53,866 nt of DNA from Gammaproteobacteria bacterium (GTDB lineage: Bacteria; Pseudomonadota; Gammaproteobacteria; GCA-2400775), in NCBI GenBank assembly GCA_002400905.2, contig NVRQ02000113.1:1-53866 (forward strand). The letters are read 5' to 3'. Below, in pieces: positions 39,381 to 49,497 of this stretch. Position numbers and translations under genes: made by a program. The notes below the pieces were generated by a model that was not told where the DNA came from, ran no database searches, and saw only the letters and a program-made list of their open reading frames with translations. Every line of letters starts with the position of its first letter. Positions within the stretch are counted from its first letter, which is position 1.

Positions 39381-40229
39381 TTAACATGATGAACGGCAGT
39401 CTAGGCGACGATGCTCTAGCACTGGAAAATTCTTCCGTACACGAGCGATAACCTCACGGTCCACTTCTGCCACCACAACACCAGAACCACTCTCAAGGCG
39501 ATCAACAACACCCCCCCATGGATCTACAATCATTGAATGCCCATAACTTTCACGACCGCTGACATGGTAACCGCCTTGGTTAGGTGCAATCAAATAACAT
39601 AAGTTTTCAATAGCGCGCGCGCAAACTAAATGCTGCCAATGCGCTTTACCCGTAATCGCCGTAAATGCCGAGGGCAGCACAATAATGTCGATACCGCTCT
39701 CAGCCATTTGCCGAAACTGCTCAGGAAAACGCAAGTCGTAACATACCGCCAAACCAAGACGCCCAAACGGCGTATCAACGCAGCAAACCTCATTACCAGG
39801 CTCAATTGTTTTTGATTCCGCATACTGCTCATTACCTTCCTCAAGGTGCACATCGAACAAATGTATTTTGTCATAGCGCGCCGCTCGTTTACCGGCACTA
39901 TCAAACATAAGGCATGCGGCACGAATATGCGTGGGGCTATTGGTGCTGATCGGTATCGTTCCACCCACCACATATATACCATGTTTGCGGGCCTGAGCGG
40001 AAAGAAAGCCTTGAACTGGGCCAGCACCATCTACTTCGGCTACTCGCAGCTTATCGTCCTCTGCAAGCCCCATAAAAGAAAAATTCTCGGGTAGCACAAC
40101 CATCTTGGCACCACGCTCGACGGCGACATTAATCAACCGTTCCGCCTCCATCAAGTTCGCACTAACACTTGGACCTGAGGCCATCTGAATGGCCGCCACA
40201 TTGAATTTAGTCTGTATCACTTTACTCAT
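39381..40229 (-). CDS. Carbon-nitrogen hydrolase (nitrilase superfamily) protein
   Basis: About 282 aa with the Glu-Lys-Cys triad context (VLPENF, YDKIHLFD, LAVCYDLRFPE). The ATG at 40229 overlaps the yhdP stop (ATGAGTAA); the track start at 40238 is a GTG. Confidence 0.85.
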   Translation of the reverse strand: MSKVIQTKFNVAAIQMASGPSVSANLMEAERLINVAVERGAKMVVLPENFSFMGLAEDDKLRVAEVDGAGPVQGFLSAQARKHGIYVVGGTIPISTNSPTHIRAACLMFDSAGKRAARYDKIHLFDVHLEEGNEQYAESKTIEPGNEVCCVDTPFGRLGLAVCYDLRFPEQFRQMAESGIDIIVLPSAFTAITGKAHWQHLVCARAIENLCYLIAPNQGGYHVSGRESYGHSMIVDPWGGVVDRLESGSGVVVAEVDREVIARVRKNFPVLEHRRLDCRSSC

Positions 40230-43200
40230 CACTACCACCAGGTTCCTCTGCTATCTCATGAACCGGAGGATTAGATTTATTCAATAAGGTCACATTTGGA
40301 TTCTTCCAGGGACCACTAACGTGATATTTGTAATGCAATATTTTAGGGTTAAATAGCTTATGCAAAAACATGATGGCCGTGCCAATCCCCGCACCTGCAG
40401 GCCCAGCAACGGCAGCACCCACCAACGGTAAACTTGAACTCACTTCTGGCGTTACTGCCATAATTTGATCATAGTCCTGAGCAGCCAAACCAATTCTCCC
40501 TGCAATATCAATGCGAACCGACGGCCCCTTCATAAACAAGTCATCGGTCATTGCATCACCGTTCTTTACTGAAAAGTTCCCTTTAATAGTATTGATCTTA
40601 AGACCCTTCTTAAATAAATCAGAAAAATCCAAGCTTAAGCGCTGTGGCAACGCTTGGATGCTCAGCAAACCAAATACTCTACCCGCACCAGGGTCAATAT
40701 CGCTAAAACTTATATTGTTTACTGTCAGTGCAAGCTGGCCATTTAATTTTTCATTACTATAGTCTGAAGGCATACCCTGCCAAAATACATTCGCATCGAC
40801 GGTGCTCGCGCCACCGTCAACATTCTCTACCGCATAATCAAAGTGACTTAGCATTTCGCTGATGTCACCTGTTTCAGCAGAAACATTAAAGGATGAGCGC
40901 TGACCATTTGCAGCTTGCGTCCAGTTACCTGCTCCAGCGAGTAGCAGCGTTGGCATACGTATCGCGATATCTTCAAAGTGTTGCCCTTGCTTAATCCTGC
41001 TCGTCTTAAATGCCAGCTCACCTAAATCAAAGTCACCATAGTTAAATTGACTAATTCTGACATCAACGGTCGGTGCTATGCGGGGATCTAAATCATTGTG
41101 CAAAAAAACTTCATCCGTAAGCTCACTTTGCTTCTTATCTACATCAAGAGCCAAGCTATCCATTACAAGCGTAATATGTACGTTCGATCTCTCCCCCTCT
41201 GTTTTAACGACACCGTTAATACCTTCACCAATCAGAGTGGCATGCCAATTCCCTTGCTGCTGCATCGCTGCTACGCTTACATCGTCCCACTGATAACCAA
41301 ACACCTCCAAACTCCCTACATCGAGATCTGTACTAACCGAAAGAGCATCACCAGTTTGCTCGTCCCCAAACAGCGTCGTGGATGCTGCCATCCACTCATC
41401 GACTATCAGCCTGTCAAGATCACCCTTAACCGTAATACCCTTTGTTCCAACCTGTAACTCTGGCGACACACCACCAAGGCCAACACTCAACAACGAAAGC
41501 ACACTGCCTGACCCTTTTCGCTCTAACACTAACTCCGCTTTAACTTCATCGCCAAACGTCAAGGAAACTGGCTGACTGCCAAAGGGTAATATCGTATCCA
41601 TCGAAAAATGCTTAGTCTCATCTAATTGCTTAGACAAAGGATATGGAGCCTTGCTTATGACACCAACCAAGTCCGACTCGACATAAAACTCAGGATGATC
41701 ATCTACAATCGATACTTCGGCCTTCCATTGTGATGACCCTTGCGCAAACCGCGTCAACCACGGTAAACCACTCAATTTGGCATACTGCTCTACATCGCCG
41801 ACACCACGACCAGAGAACTTAGTGCCCCGCTTCCCACCTTTAGTGATCGGCTTAAGGTCGACCAAGACCTCCATGCCAAATATATCCGCGGAAATAGCCT
41901 TACCATGTAAGCCTTGATTATCAAAACTAAGCCTGCCAACAATATTTTCAGCAACGAATGCATCGTTCGAAACAGCCAAACGATTGTTCGCAATCTCCAG
42001 CTCGCCATAAACATTAACCGGTCCTGGCAACGGAATGTCTAACTCTAACGAAAGCGTGCTTTCACCTTCCACACTTAACACGTTAAGTGCATTTTCAAAC
42101 CGCTTCTTAAGAGGACTTTGCTCAAGAAAAAGTAATGCGGCGGAACTTGCACCTTGCCCCACACCCGTTACCGCTATAGCAACCGGCTTAATAGTAAAAT
42201 CCGCAATCGACATTTTTGCTTTAACAATTTTTGTATTAATCACTGAGCCAGCGTTTAATTCCAACTCAACGTTGGCGTTATGAATACGTAAATCGGCATC
42301 CATATTGTCAATTGCCGGCCAACCTTCTTTATATTCTAATTCGCCATTTTCTATATGAAGATCAATGTCAAATTTTCCTCCGCCAACTTCAAAAGGAAAT
42401 TGTTTAACCGGCCCTTTTAACTCAACAGTCCCCTTCGATACCACGCCTTGCCTAAGTGCACGGTCATACCATAGCAATGCTTTCGGGTTCATTATTTTCG
42501 CAGGCAAGTAAAGCGAGTGCTTAGAAATATCCACTCGCTCTAAGTCCAAAGCAAGGTCGACATACGGCGATAAGGCTTTATCAGAGGGAAGTTGAAGCAT
42601 CGCACCACCTTTCACAGCCAGGTCTGGATTACTAATAGAGATATTACGCGCGTCGATAAAGGTCCCTGAATCTACATTTTCCCATGCGACATCAATAGCT
42701 AATTCATCAAAATGTAGCGAATCGCGAAACCACATCGACGCATCAAACTGGCTGCTGGCACCAGACAGAGAGATCTGACCACCACCCCCTGCATAACTCA
42801 TAAAACCAGCAAGACCGTCAATACCAGGTAAGTGTTCAGATTCACGCACAAACGTATTATCAAACTCGATATATACCGCAAGTTCGGCTTCGTCAGCCTG
42901 CCGCCAAGACAACGTAGTCTGGCTGATATCACCACCAAAATTTACGCTATCAAGTTTCGACAGCCGATCAGAAAAAATAAAGGGACTTGATTTAAGAAGG
43001 TCTAACACTTCTCCTGACCGATAAGCACCCACTTGCAGTAGTAATGAGCGGTCTTGATCATCGTTGTTATAACGCAACTGTAAATCAAAGGTCTGTTCTG
43101 ATGCCCCAACACGCGCTATGCGCAACGGGTCGAATGCCATCGCCCACTCATCGCCTTCTTTTTGTAGCGCATAATTTGCACTCAATGCATTGATAATTAA

Positions 43201-44100
43201 ATCGCCATCAAAATTGGCCTCAGCTGAAGAGTTGCTGCCAAACCGCAAATTTTCTGCTGTAATGCGCCCTTGCGCGAAGACTGCTCGATGGCTATCAAGC
43301 GTCGCCCATAACTCGAGATCAACCTCGCCACCTTTAACTTTCAGTGCCTCAGCTTCTGCACTGAAAAACTCGTCAGTGAGTCCAAGCATTGAAACATTAC
43401 TAAGCTTTACATAATTCTCGACAGACCACTCTTCGTGCAACAAAGGCAAGCCATCAAAATTAGCGACTAACTCTACACTTTCACCCAGAGACGAAGGCAA
43501 ATCAATTTGTACTGCAAGCTGATATCCACCGTTCGAGTTAACAAAATAGACCCCTGCCCTAGAGAATATATGCAGCAATTCAGGTCTTTGCTCACTGGTA
43601 AAATACAATGTGCCATTTTCCACAACCACTTGCTGTTGCTTAGATAACCAACGCAATAATTTTCTCTGCTGCTCAATATCGATTGGCTGAGCCGATGCTG
43701 GCAAACCCGCCACTGCAAAGCGTCCGTCAAGCGTTTGCACAATATTCAACTCAAAACCCGCTAAACGAATTTCACTGGTTACTAGGCGACGTTGCGCTAT
43801 CGAACTTACGATATCAACGCCCAGCGAAACACGACCAAATTCCAACAACTGTTCATCAGCAAGCGCTATGACAACATTGTCTAATTCTATTTGTGGCGAA
43901 AAATGATGCCAAGATGCATCAATCTCGCCAATGGACACATCACGTCCGACTTGATGACTAATAGTAGATTGAATTTGATACCGAAAATCATCGGCATAGG
44001 GAATAGCAAGACGCACCAAGCTCAAGCCGATCGCTGCAACGATGACAACGATTCCAAGTAGGTACAGAAACAGTGAGGAGGAACTTCTCAATACACTCAC
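40222..44100 (-). CDS. yhdP: YhdP family (AsmA-like, DUF3971-type) giant envelope protein
   Basis: 1292 aa with a single N-terminal TM helix and a long beta-rich body. Located immediately downstream of rng-maf as in E. coli and Pseudomonas. Confidence 0.85.
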   Translation of the reverse strand: MSVLRSSSSLFLYLLGIVVIVAAIGLSLVRLAIPYADDFRYQIQSTISHQVGRDVSIGEIDASWHHFSPQIELDNVVIALADEQLLEFGRVSLGVDIVSSIAQRRLVTSEIRLAGFELNIVQTLDGRFAVAGLPASAQPIDIEQQRKLLRWLSKQQQVVVENGTLYFTSEQRPELLHIFSRAGVYFVNSNGGYQLAVQIDLPSSLGESVELVANFDGLPLLHEEWSVENYVKLSNVSMLGLTDEFFSAEAEALKVKGGEVDLELWATLDSHRAVFAQGRITAENLRFGSNSSAEANFDGDLIINALSANYALQKEGDEWAMAFDPLRIARVGASEQTFDLQLRYNNDDQDRSLLLQVGAYRSGEVLDLLKSSPFIFSDRLSKLDSVNFGGDISQTTLSWRQADEAELAVYIEFDNTFVRESEHLPGIDGLAGFMSYAGGGGQISLSGASSQFDASMWFRDSLHFDELAIDVAWENVDSGTFIDARNISISNPDLAVKGGAMLQLPSDKALSPYVDLALDLERVDISKHSLYLPAKIMNPKALLWYDRALRQGVVSKGTVELKGPVKQFPFEVGGGKFDIDLHIENGELEYKEGWPAIDNMDADLRIHNANVELELNAGSVINTKIVKAKMSIADFTIKPVAIAVTGVGQGASSAALLFLEQSPLKKRFENALNVLSVEGESTLSLELDIPLPGPVNVYGELEIANNRLAVSNDAFVAENIVGRLSFDNQGLHGKAISADIFGMEVLVDLKPITKGGKRGTKFSGRGVGDVEQYAKLSGLPWLTRFAQGSSQWKAEVSIVDDHPEFYVESDLVGVISKAPYPLSKQLDETKHFSMDTILPFGSQPVSLTFGDEVKAELVLERKGSGSVLSLLSVGLGGVSPELQVGTKGITVKGDLDRLIVDEWMAASTTLFGDEQTGDALSVSTDLDVGSLEVFGYQWDDVSVAAMQQQGNWHATLIGEGINGVVKTEGERSNVHITLVMDSLALDVDKKQSELTDEVFLHNDLDPRIAPTVDVRISQFNYGDFDLGELAFKTSRIKQGQHFEDIAIRMPTLLLAGAGNWTQAANGQRSSFNVSAETGDISEMLSHFDYAVENVDGGASTVDANVFWQGMPSDYSNEKLNGQLALTVNNISFSDIDPGAGRVFGLLSIQALPQRLSLDFSDLFKKGLKINTIKGNFSVKNGDAMTDDLFMKGPSVRIDIAGRIGLAAQDYDQIMAVTPEVSSSLPLVGAAVAGPAGAGIGTAIMFLHKLFNPKILHYKYHVSGPWKNPNVTLLNKSNPPVHEIAEEPGGSDE

Positions 44101-44187
44101 ATCAAAAACACCAAAGCAGACCGATCAGACATATCACACTTAGGACAAAATGAACCGGCCAACATTCGCGTGTGCTACAAAAATTTA

Positions 44188-44345
44188 GGAACCTCTGATG
44201 TGTCTGGGCTGAATGGATGATGAGATAAAATCTTTCAGATCGAGGCGCAAATCGCAGGTAATAGCCGGACTATTGCCAAGATCTGCAACGATGAGATGGA
44301 AGATTTTAGCCATCAGACATCAGGCCATGACACATCAGAGGTTCC
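44188..44345. repeat. MITE-like element, family 1, copy d (158 bp, opposite orientation to copies b and c)
   Basis: 17 bp perfect terminal inverted repeat GGAACCTCTGATGTGTC (44188-44204) / GACACATCAGAGGTTCC (44329-44345). Internal sequence is shared with copies a, b and c. The rng stop codon (44347-44349) lies 1 nt beyond the end. Confidence 0.88.
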
Positions 44346-44346
44346 T

Positions 44347-45864
44347 TCACATTAACACAACATCAAACTGATCCCGAAAATAAAGTGGCTCAGTCTGAAA
44401 ACGTATCGGCTTACCAATGAATTCTTCTAAGTCGGCGATACTAGCAGCCTCTTCATCCTCAAACAGCTCAACCACCTCACGCGCCGCCAACACCAAATAC
44501 TGCTTAACATCATATTGACGTGCTTCACGCAGAATATCGCGCAAAATCTCATAGCAAACTGTCTTAGCGGTCTTAACCGTACCGCGTCCATCGCAAGAAG
44601 GACAAGACTCACACAACAACTGGCTCAAGCTTTCACGCGTACGTTTACGCGACATCTCAACCAAGCCCAAGGGGGATACTTCAGTAATTGCTGTTTTTGC
44701 TGTATCAAGAGCCACCGCTTTTTCCAGGGCACGCAAGACCTGGCGCTTATGTTCTTCTTCCTCCATATCGATAAAATCGATAATGATAATGCCGCCCAAG
44801 TTGCGCAGCCTTAACTGACGCATTAGTGTATGCACAGCCTCTAGATTGGTTTTGTAGATTGTTTCTTCAAGATTGCGACTACCAACATAAGCACCCGTAT
44901 TGATGTCGATGGTGACCATCGCTTCAGTCTGCTCAATAATGAGATAGCCACCGGACTTCAATGGCACCCTGCGATTAAGCGCGCGTTGAATTTCATCTTC
45001 AACTGAATAGAGATCAAATATTGGCCGCTCCCCCGGATAATACTCAATACGCGACAACAACTCTGGAATAAACTTCTTTGCAACTTCACCCGCAGCGATA
45101 TACGCCTCACGAGAATCAATGCGAATCTTATTCACTTGCGTCCAAGTCATATCACGAATAGTACGCACGACCAGATGCAAATCCTCATGCACCACGTTAC
45201 TCACCGCAGTGTCTTTTGCCTGCCTTTGCACGGAACGCCATAAACGTTGCAAAAAATCCATGTCAGCACGCAGTTGTTCAGCGCTGGCACCTTCCGCCGC
45301 AGTGCGAACAATATAACCACCCACCCCATCACTTTCCTCGCGCACTAACTCACGCAAGCGTTCACGCTCTTCATCGCCTTCGATACGCTGAGAAATACCT
45401 ATCGTATCCATGTTTTCCATATACACCAAAAAGCGTGATGCAACCGATAAATGCATCGTTAATCGAGCGCCTTTCGTTCCAATAGGGTCTTTGGTCACTT
45501 GCACCAAAATTTCATCGCCTTCTTTAAGCAACGCAGCAATATCGCCTTCGGCTGTGCCGTTATTACCACTATTACCACTATTTTTCTCAGGGCTTGAATC
45601 GACCTCCATATCGCCATTGACATACCCGCGCGCCGGCGCGCCGGCAACATCAGACACATGTAAAAATGCCGTTCGATCGAGTCCAACTTCCACGAAGGCG
45701 GCCTGCATCCCTGGTAAAACACGAACCACTTTCCCTTTGTAGATGTTGCTAACTAAGCTTTTCCTTCCCGAACGCTCGATAAAAACATCCTGCAACAAGC
45801 CATTTTCAACATAAGCGACCCGTGTTTCACTCGGCGTGACATTAATGAGTAATTCGTTATTCAT
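44347..45864 (-). CDS. rng: Ribonuclease G
   Basis: 505 aa with an S1 domain N-terminus (LLINVTPSETRVAYVENGLLQDVFIER) and an RNase E/G catalytic core. Confidence 0.94.
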   Translation of the reverse strand: MNNELLINVTPSETRVAYVENGLLQDVFIERSGRKSLVSNIYKGKVVRVLPGMQAAFVEVGLDRTAFLHVSDVAGAPARGYVNGDMEVDSSPEKNSGNSGNNGTAEGDIAALLKEGDEILVQVTKDPIGTKGARLTMHLSVASRFLVYMENMDTIGISQRIEGDEERERLRELVREESDGVGGYIVRTAAEGASAEQLRADMDFLQRLWRSVQRQAKDTAVSNVVHEDLHLVVRTIRDMTWTQVNKIRIDSREAYIAAGEVAKKFIPELLSRIEYYPGERPIFDLYSVEDEIQRALNRRVPLKSGGYLIIEQTEAMVTIDINTGAYVGSRNLEETIYKTNLEAVHTLMRQLRLRNLGGIIIIDFIDMEEEEHKRQVLRALEKAVALDTAKTAITEVSPLGLVEMSRKRTRESLSQLLCESCPSCDGRGTVKTAKTVCYEILRDILREARQYDVKQYLVLAAREVVELFEDEEAASIADLEEFIGKPIRFQTEPLYFRDQFDVVLM

Positions 45865-45887
45865 TTTTTATCTTCTTAATAAAGTTC

Positions 45888-46502
45888 TTAGTCACGAATT
45901 AGCACATCGATACCAAATCGCTTCAATAATTCATTCGTTTCATAAAGCGGCAAGCCCATCACACCGGAATAACTGCCCTCGATGCGGTCGATAAAACTAG
46001 CGGCAATCCCCTGCACCGCATAGGCACCTGCCTTATCAGATACCCTCTCACGGCGACCATAGGCTGCAATCTCATCGGTTGATAGTTTGCGCATATGAAC
46101 TCGCGTCACACTACATGACCGTTCAACTTGAGCCTCAGCCGAATGAACACCTTCGCCGATCACAGTCACTGCCGTCAACACCTCATGCCAGTTATTCGAT
46201 AAACGTGCCAACATTTGCTGCGCCTGCTCTGCATCTAAAGGCTTTCCCAGTACTGCTCCATCCACCACAACTATGGTATCAGCACCTAATACGGGAACTT
46301 GCCTCTCAGCAACCAAACCTTGTCCGGCAAACGCCTTTTCAGTGGCAAGCCGACAGACATACTCTTTGGCAGACTCCCCCGGTAGCTGCCGCTCATCAAT
46401 ATCAACACTGCAACACTGAAAACGAACACCAATTTGCTGTAACAGCTCCGCCCGTCGCGGCGATGCGGAAGCGAGATAAATATCGTGAGAAATAAGAGAC
46501 AT
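45888..46502 (-). CDS. maf: Maf-like nucleoside triphosphate pyrophosphatase (YhdE type)
   Basis: 204 aa with LASASPRRAELLQQIGV and KAGAYAVQG motifs. Confidence 0.92.
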   Translation of the reverse strand: MSLISHDIYLASASPRRAELLQQIGVRFQCCSVDIDERQLPGESAKEYVCRLATEKAFAGQGLVAERQVPVLGADTIVVVDGAVLGKPLDAEQAQQMLARLSNNWHEVLTAVTVIGEGVHSAEAQVERSCSVTRVHMRKLSTDEIAAYGRRERVSDKAGAYAVQGIAASFIDRIEGSYSGVMGLPLYETNELLKRFGIDVLIRD

Positions 46503-46516
46503 GACAGGGTATCAAG

Positions 46517-46987
46517 TTACGCGCGGTGATACGGTAAACCACGACCAATGCTCCAGGCGCGATACAACTGTTCAGCGAGCACCACTCGAACTAACATATG
46601 AGGCATCGTAAGTTGAGACAGCGACCAACGTGATGTCGCACGCTGCAAACACGCTGGCGCCAAACCATCCGCACCGCCAACCAACAGTGCCACATCCTCA
46701 CCACTGGCCATCCAATTGTTTAAAGCACCGGCAAGCTTCTCACTATTCCACTGCACGCCTTCTACATCAAGCGCGATACATAACGCATTTTTGGGTATTA
46801 CTGCCAGCATGCGCTCACCTTCAGCACTTATTAGCCGTTTTACGTCAGTATTTTTGCCGCGCTTACCAGCTTCGACCTCATGCAATATGAGACGACATTC
46901 GTGAGGCAAACGTTTGGCAAAGTCATGATAAGCCTCTTTGACCCAAGCTGGCATACGGGTGCCGACGCTAATGAGGTGAAGACGCAT
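46517..46987 (-). CDS. rlmH: 23S rRNA (pseudouridine1915-N3)-methyltransferase RlmH
   Basis: 156 aa SPOUT fold starting MRLHLISVGTRMPAWV and ending GLPYHRA. Confidence 0.93.
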   Translation of the reverse strand: MRLHLISVGTRMPAWVKEAYHDFAKRLPHECRLILHEVEAGKRGKNTDVKRLISAEGERMLAVIPKNALCIALDVEGVQWNSEKLAGALNNWMASGEDVALLVGGADGLAPACLQRATSRWSLSQLTMPHMLVRVVLAEQLYRAWSIGRGLPYHRA

Positions 46988-47088
46988 AGACGTAAATTAT
47001 ACCCAGCAGCTTAGATAATAAGTGAGCAGCAACAGCTTCGAAAGAAGATAGCGATAATAAATCAATAAAAACACAGGCTAATAACGTC

Positions 47089-47451
47089 TTACTCCGCCTG
47101 TTCTCGCTCTTCTTTATTATCAATATCCCAGAGATTTTCAAGCTTATAAAACTCTCTCGCCTGAGGCAACATTATGTGAACAATAACATCACCAAAGTCG
47201 ACCAACACCCACTCACCTTCAGCTTCTCCTTCAACACCCAGCTGTTTGTACCCGGATTTTTTTAGCTCTTCAGCCACTTTGGATGCCATAGACCGAATAT
47301 GACGATCAGAAGTCCCGCTAGCAATAACCATATAATCTGTTATCGAGGTTAAATCCCGCACATCTAATGGCAATATATTGAGCGCTTTTAAATCATCAAG
47401 CACTTCAACGACTTGATCTTTTATATTATCTGCTTGAATACTAGATTGCAT
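47089..47451 (-). CDS. rsfS: Ribosomal silencing factor RsfS
   Basis: 120 aa with DYMVIASGTSDRHIRS and WVLVDFGDVIVHIM motifs. Confidence 0.93.
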   Translation of the reverse strand: MQSSIQADNIKDQVVEVLDDLKALNILPLDVRDLTSITDYMVIASGTSDRHIRSMASKVAEELKKSGYKQLGVEGEAEGEWVLVDFGDVIVHIMLPQAREFYKLENLWDIDNKEEREQAE

Positions 47452-47454
47452 AAT

Positions 47455-48141
47455 TTACCCGTTTTGTACCCTAGAGCCACGTTGTACCCCAAGGGCACGT
47501 TGCACCCCGAGGGCACGTTGATATAACTGATTCTGTTCTATATAGGCAAGAACACTATCAGGCATTAAATACCGAATTGATTTATTTTCCAGCAACCGGT
47601 GCCGAATGTCGCTGGCTGAAATCTGCATAGGCGTCACATCTAATTCATGGATATAACCCGCTGGACTAGCAAACAACTTTGTTCTGTCATGCACCACCGC
47701 ATTACCATAATGCTGCTTAACAGACTCATCCCACTTCACTGGCTCTCCAGCGCGACGCATAACAAAAATATGCGCAAGACCAAGTAATTCTTGCCAGCGA
47801 TGCCAACTCTCTAATCCCGCAAACACATCACCCCCCTGAATCAGGCAAAGTGGTGTATCACCCACCTCGGCACGAATTTCTGCCAAGGTATCATAAGTAT
47901 ACGAAGGACCCTCGCGTTGAATTTCTCGGTCATCGGCTCGCAACAAATCTTGGCCTGCCAACGCTAAGCACAGCATTTTCCACCGATGCTTCGTTGCAAC
48001 CTGAGGTGTTTCACGATGCGGCGGCTGCGCGCTTGGAATCATTAAAACCTGAGATAACGCGAATCGCTCAACGACTTCGAGGGCTGAACGTAGGTGACCA
48101 AAATGAATCGGGTCAAACGTACCACCATAAATGCCTATCAT
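47455..48141 (-). CDS. nadD: Nicotinate-nucleotide adenylyltransferase, with a repeat-encoded C-terminal extension
   Basis: 228 aa starting MIGIYGGTFDPIHFGHLR. The C-terminus QRALGVQRALGVQRGSRVQNG is translated from the 3 x 18 nt tandem repeat. Confidence 0.93.
   Translation of the reverse strand: MIGIYGGTFDPIHFGHLRSALEVVERFALSQVLMIPSAQPPHRETPQVATKHRWKMLCLALAGQDLLRADDREIQREGPSYTYDTLAEIRAEVGDTPLCLIQGGDVFAGLESWHRWQELLGLAHIFVMRRAGEPVKWDESVKQHYGNAVVHDRTKLFASPAGYIHELDVTPMQISASDIRHRLLENKSIRYLMPDSVLAYIEQNQLYQRALGVQRALGVQRGSRVQNG
47467..47520. repeat. 3 x 18 nt tandem repeat at the 3' end of nadD
   Basis: Units are taccctagagccacgttg (47467-47484), taccccaagggcacgttg (47485-47502) and caccccgagggcacgttg (47503-47520). 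Confidence 0.9.
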
Positions 48142-48166
48142 TTATAGTGATAACAAATAAGGGGGC

Positions 48167-49438
48167 TTATTGGCGAATATGGCCGTCACCTAACACAATA
48201 TATTTTTGCGAGGTCAGACCATTCAGACCAACCGGGCCCCGCGCGTGAATCTTATCGGTGCTGATACCAATTTCCGCACCTAAGCCATATTCAAACCCAT
48301 CGGCAAACCGCGTTGAGGCATTGACCATAACAGAACTCGAATCAACTTCGCGCAAAAACCGCTGCGTCGCTGAATAATTTTCACTGATTATCGCCTCAGT
48401 ATGATTAGAGCTGTATTCGTAGATATGATCCAGCGCTTGATCCAAGCCATCAACAATACGAATCGACAACACAGGAGCCAGATACTCTTCATGCCAATCT
48501 TCTTCAGTCGCCGCTTTGGCGTCGGTAATAATTTTTAATGTGCGCTCACAGCCGCGCAGCTCGACACCTTTTGCTGCGAACTCTGTTGCCAGCAAAGGCA
48601 GTACCTGCGGTGCAATCGACTCTGCGACCAATAAAGTCTCCATCGTATTGCACGTACCATAACGCTGGGTTTTAGCATTCACCGCAACCGCAACCGCCTT
48701 ACCAATATCGGCAGCATCATCGATATACACATGGCAAACACCATGCAGATGCTTAATAACAGGCACACGCGCATCAGCGCTGACGCGCTCGATCAAGCCC
48801 TTACCGCCTCGCGGCACAATAACATCGACATACTCTTCCATTTGCACCAAAACGCTTACCGCCTCACGGTCGGTAGTCGGTACAACCTGCACTGCCGCCA
48901 AGGGTAAACCTGCTTCGCGCAAACCATCATGAATACATTGCGCAATCGCGTGGTTAGAATGCACCGCCTCTGAACCGCCACGCAATATTGCAGCATTACC
49001 CGACTTAAGACATAGAGCAGCGGCATCAGCGGTCACATTAGGCCGTGACTCATAAATAATGCCCACGACACCTAAAGGCACGCGCATATGTCCAACTTGA
49101 AGTCCAGAAGGTTGGAAGCTCATATCACTGATTTCACCGACAGGATCCGGTAACGCCGCAATTTGGCGTAGACCGTCAGCCATTGATTGAATACGCTCAG
49201 CATTCAGCGCCAGTCGATCAATCAGTGCATCGCTTAAACCTCGCGCACGACTCGCATCAAGGTCTTTCTTGTTCTCGGCAATCAAATCAGCTTGACGATG
49301 GATGATCGCATCGGCAGCGGCAATAAGCGCTGCATTCTTGTCTGCTGTACTGGCAGACATAAGCAGGCGCGAGGCAAGGCGCGCTTTACGGCCAAGCCCA
49401 TACATCATCTCTTGAATGCTACTAGTGTAGTGTTTCAT
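48167..49438 (-). CDS. proA: Gamma-glutamyl phosphate reductase
   Basis: 423 aa aldehyde dehydrogenase fold with [12 protein letters not shown] containing the catalytic Cys. Confidence 0.95.
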   Translation of the reverse strand: MKHYTSSIQEMMYGLGRKARLASRLLMSASTADKNAALIAAADAIIHRQADLIAENKKDLDASRARGLSDALIDRLALNAERIQSMADGLRQIAALPDPVGEISDMSFQPSGLQVGHMRVPLGVVGIIYESRPNVTADAAALCLKSGNAAILRGGSEAVHSNHAIAQCIHDGLREAGLPLAAVQVVPTTDREAVSVLVQMEEYVDVIVPRGGKGLIERVSADARVPVIKHLHGVCHVYIDDAADIGKAVAVAVNAKTQRYGTCNTMETLLVAESIAPQVLPLLATEFAAKGVELRGCERTLKIITDAKAATEEDWHEEYLAPVLSIRIVDGLDQALDHIYEYSSNHTEAIISENYSATQRFLREVDSSSVMVNASTRFADGFEYGLGAEIGISTDKIHARGPVGLNGLTSQKYIVLGDGHIRQ

Positions 49439-49497
49439 ATTGAATAATTAGTGCAACCTTAAATAATGCCATACAAAAATGATGAAAACCGGCAAAA

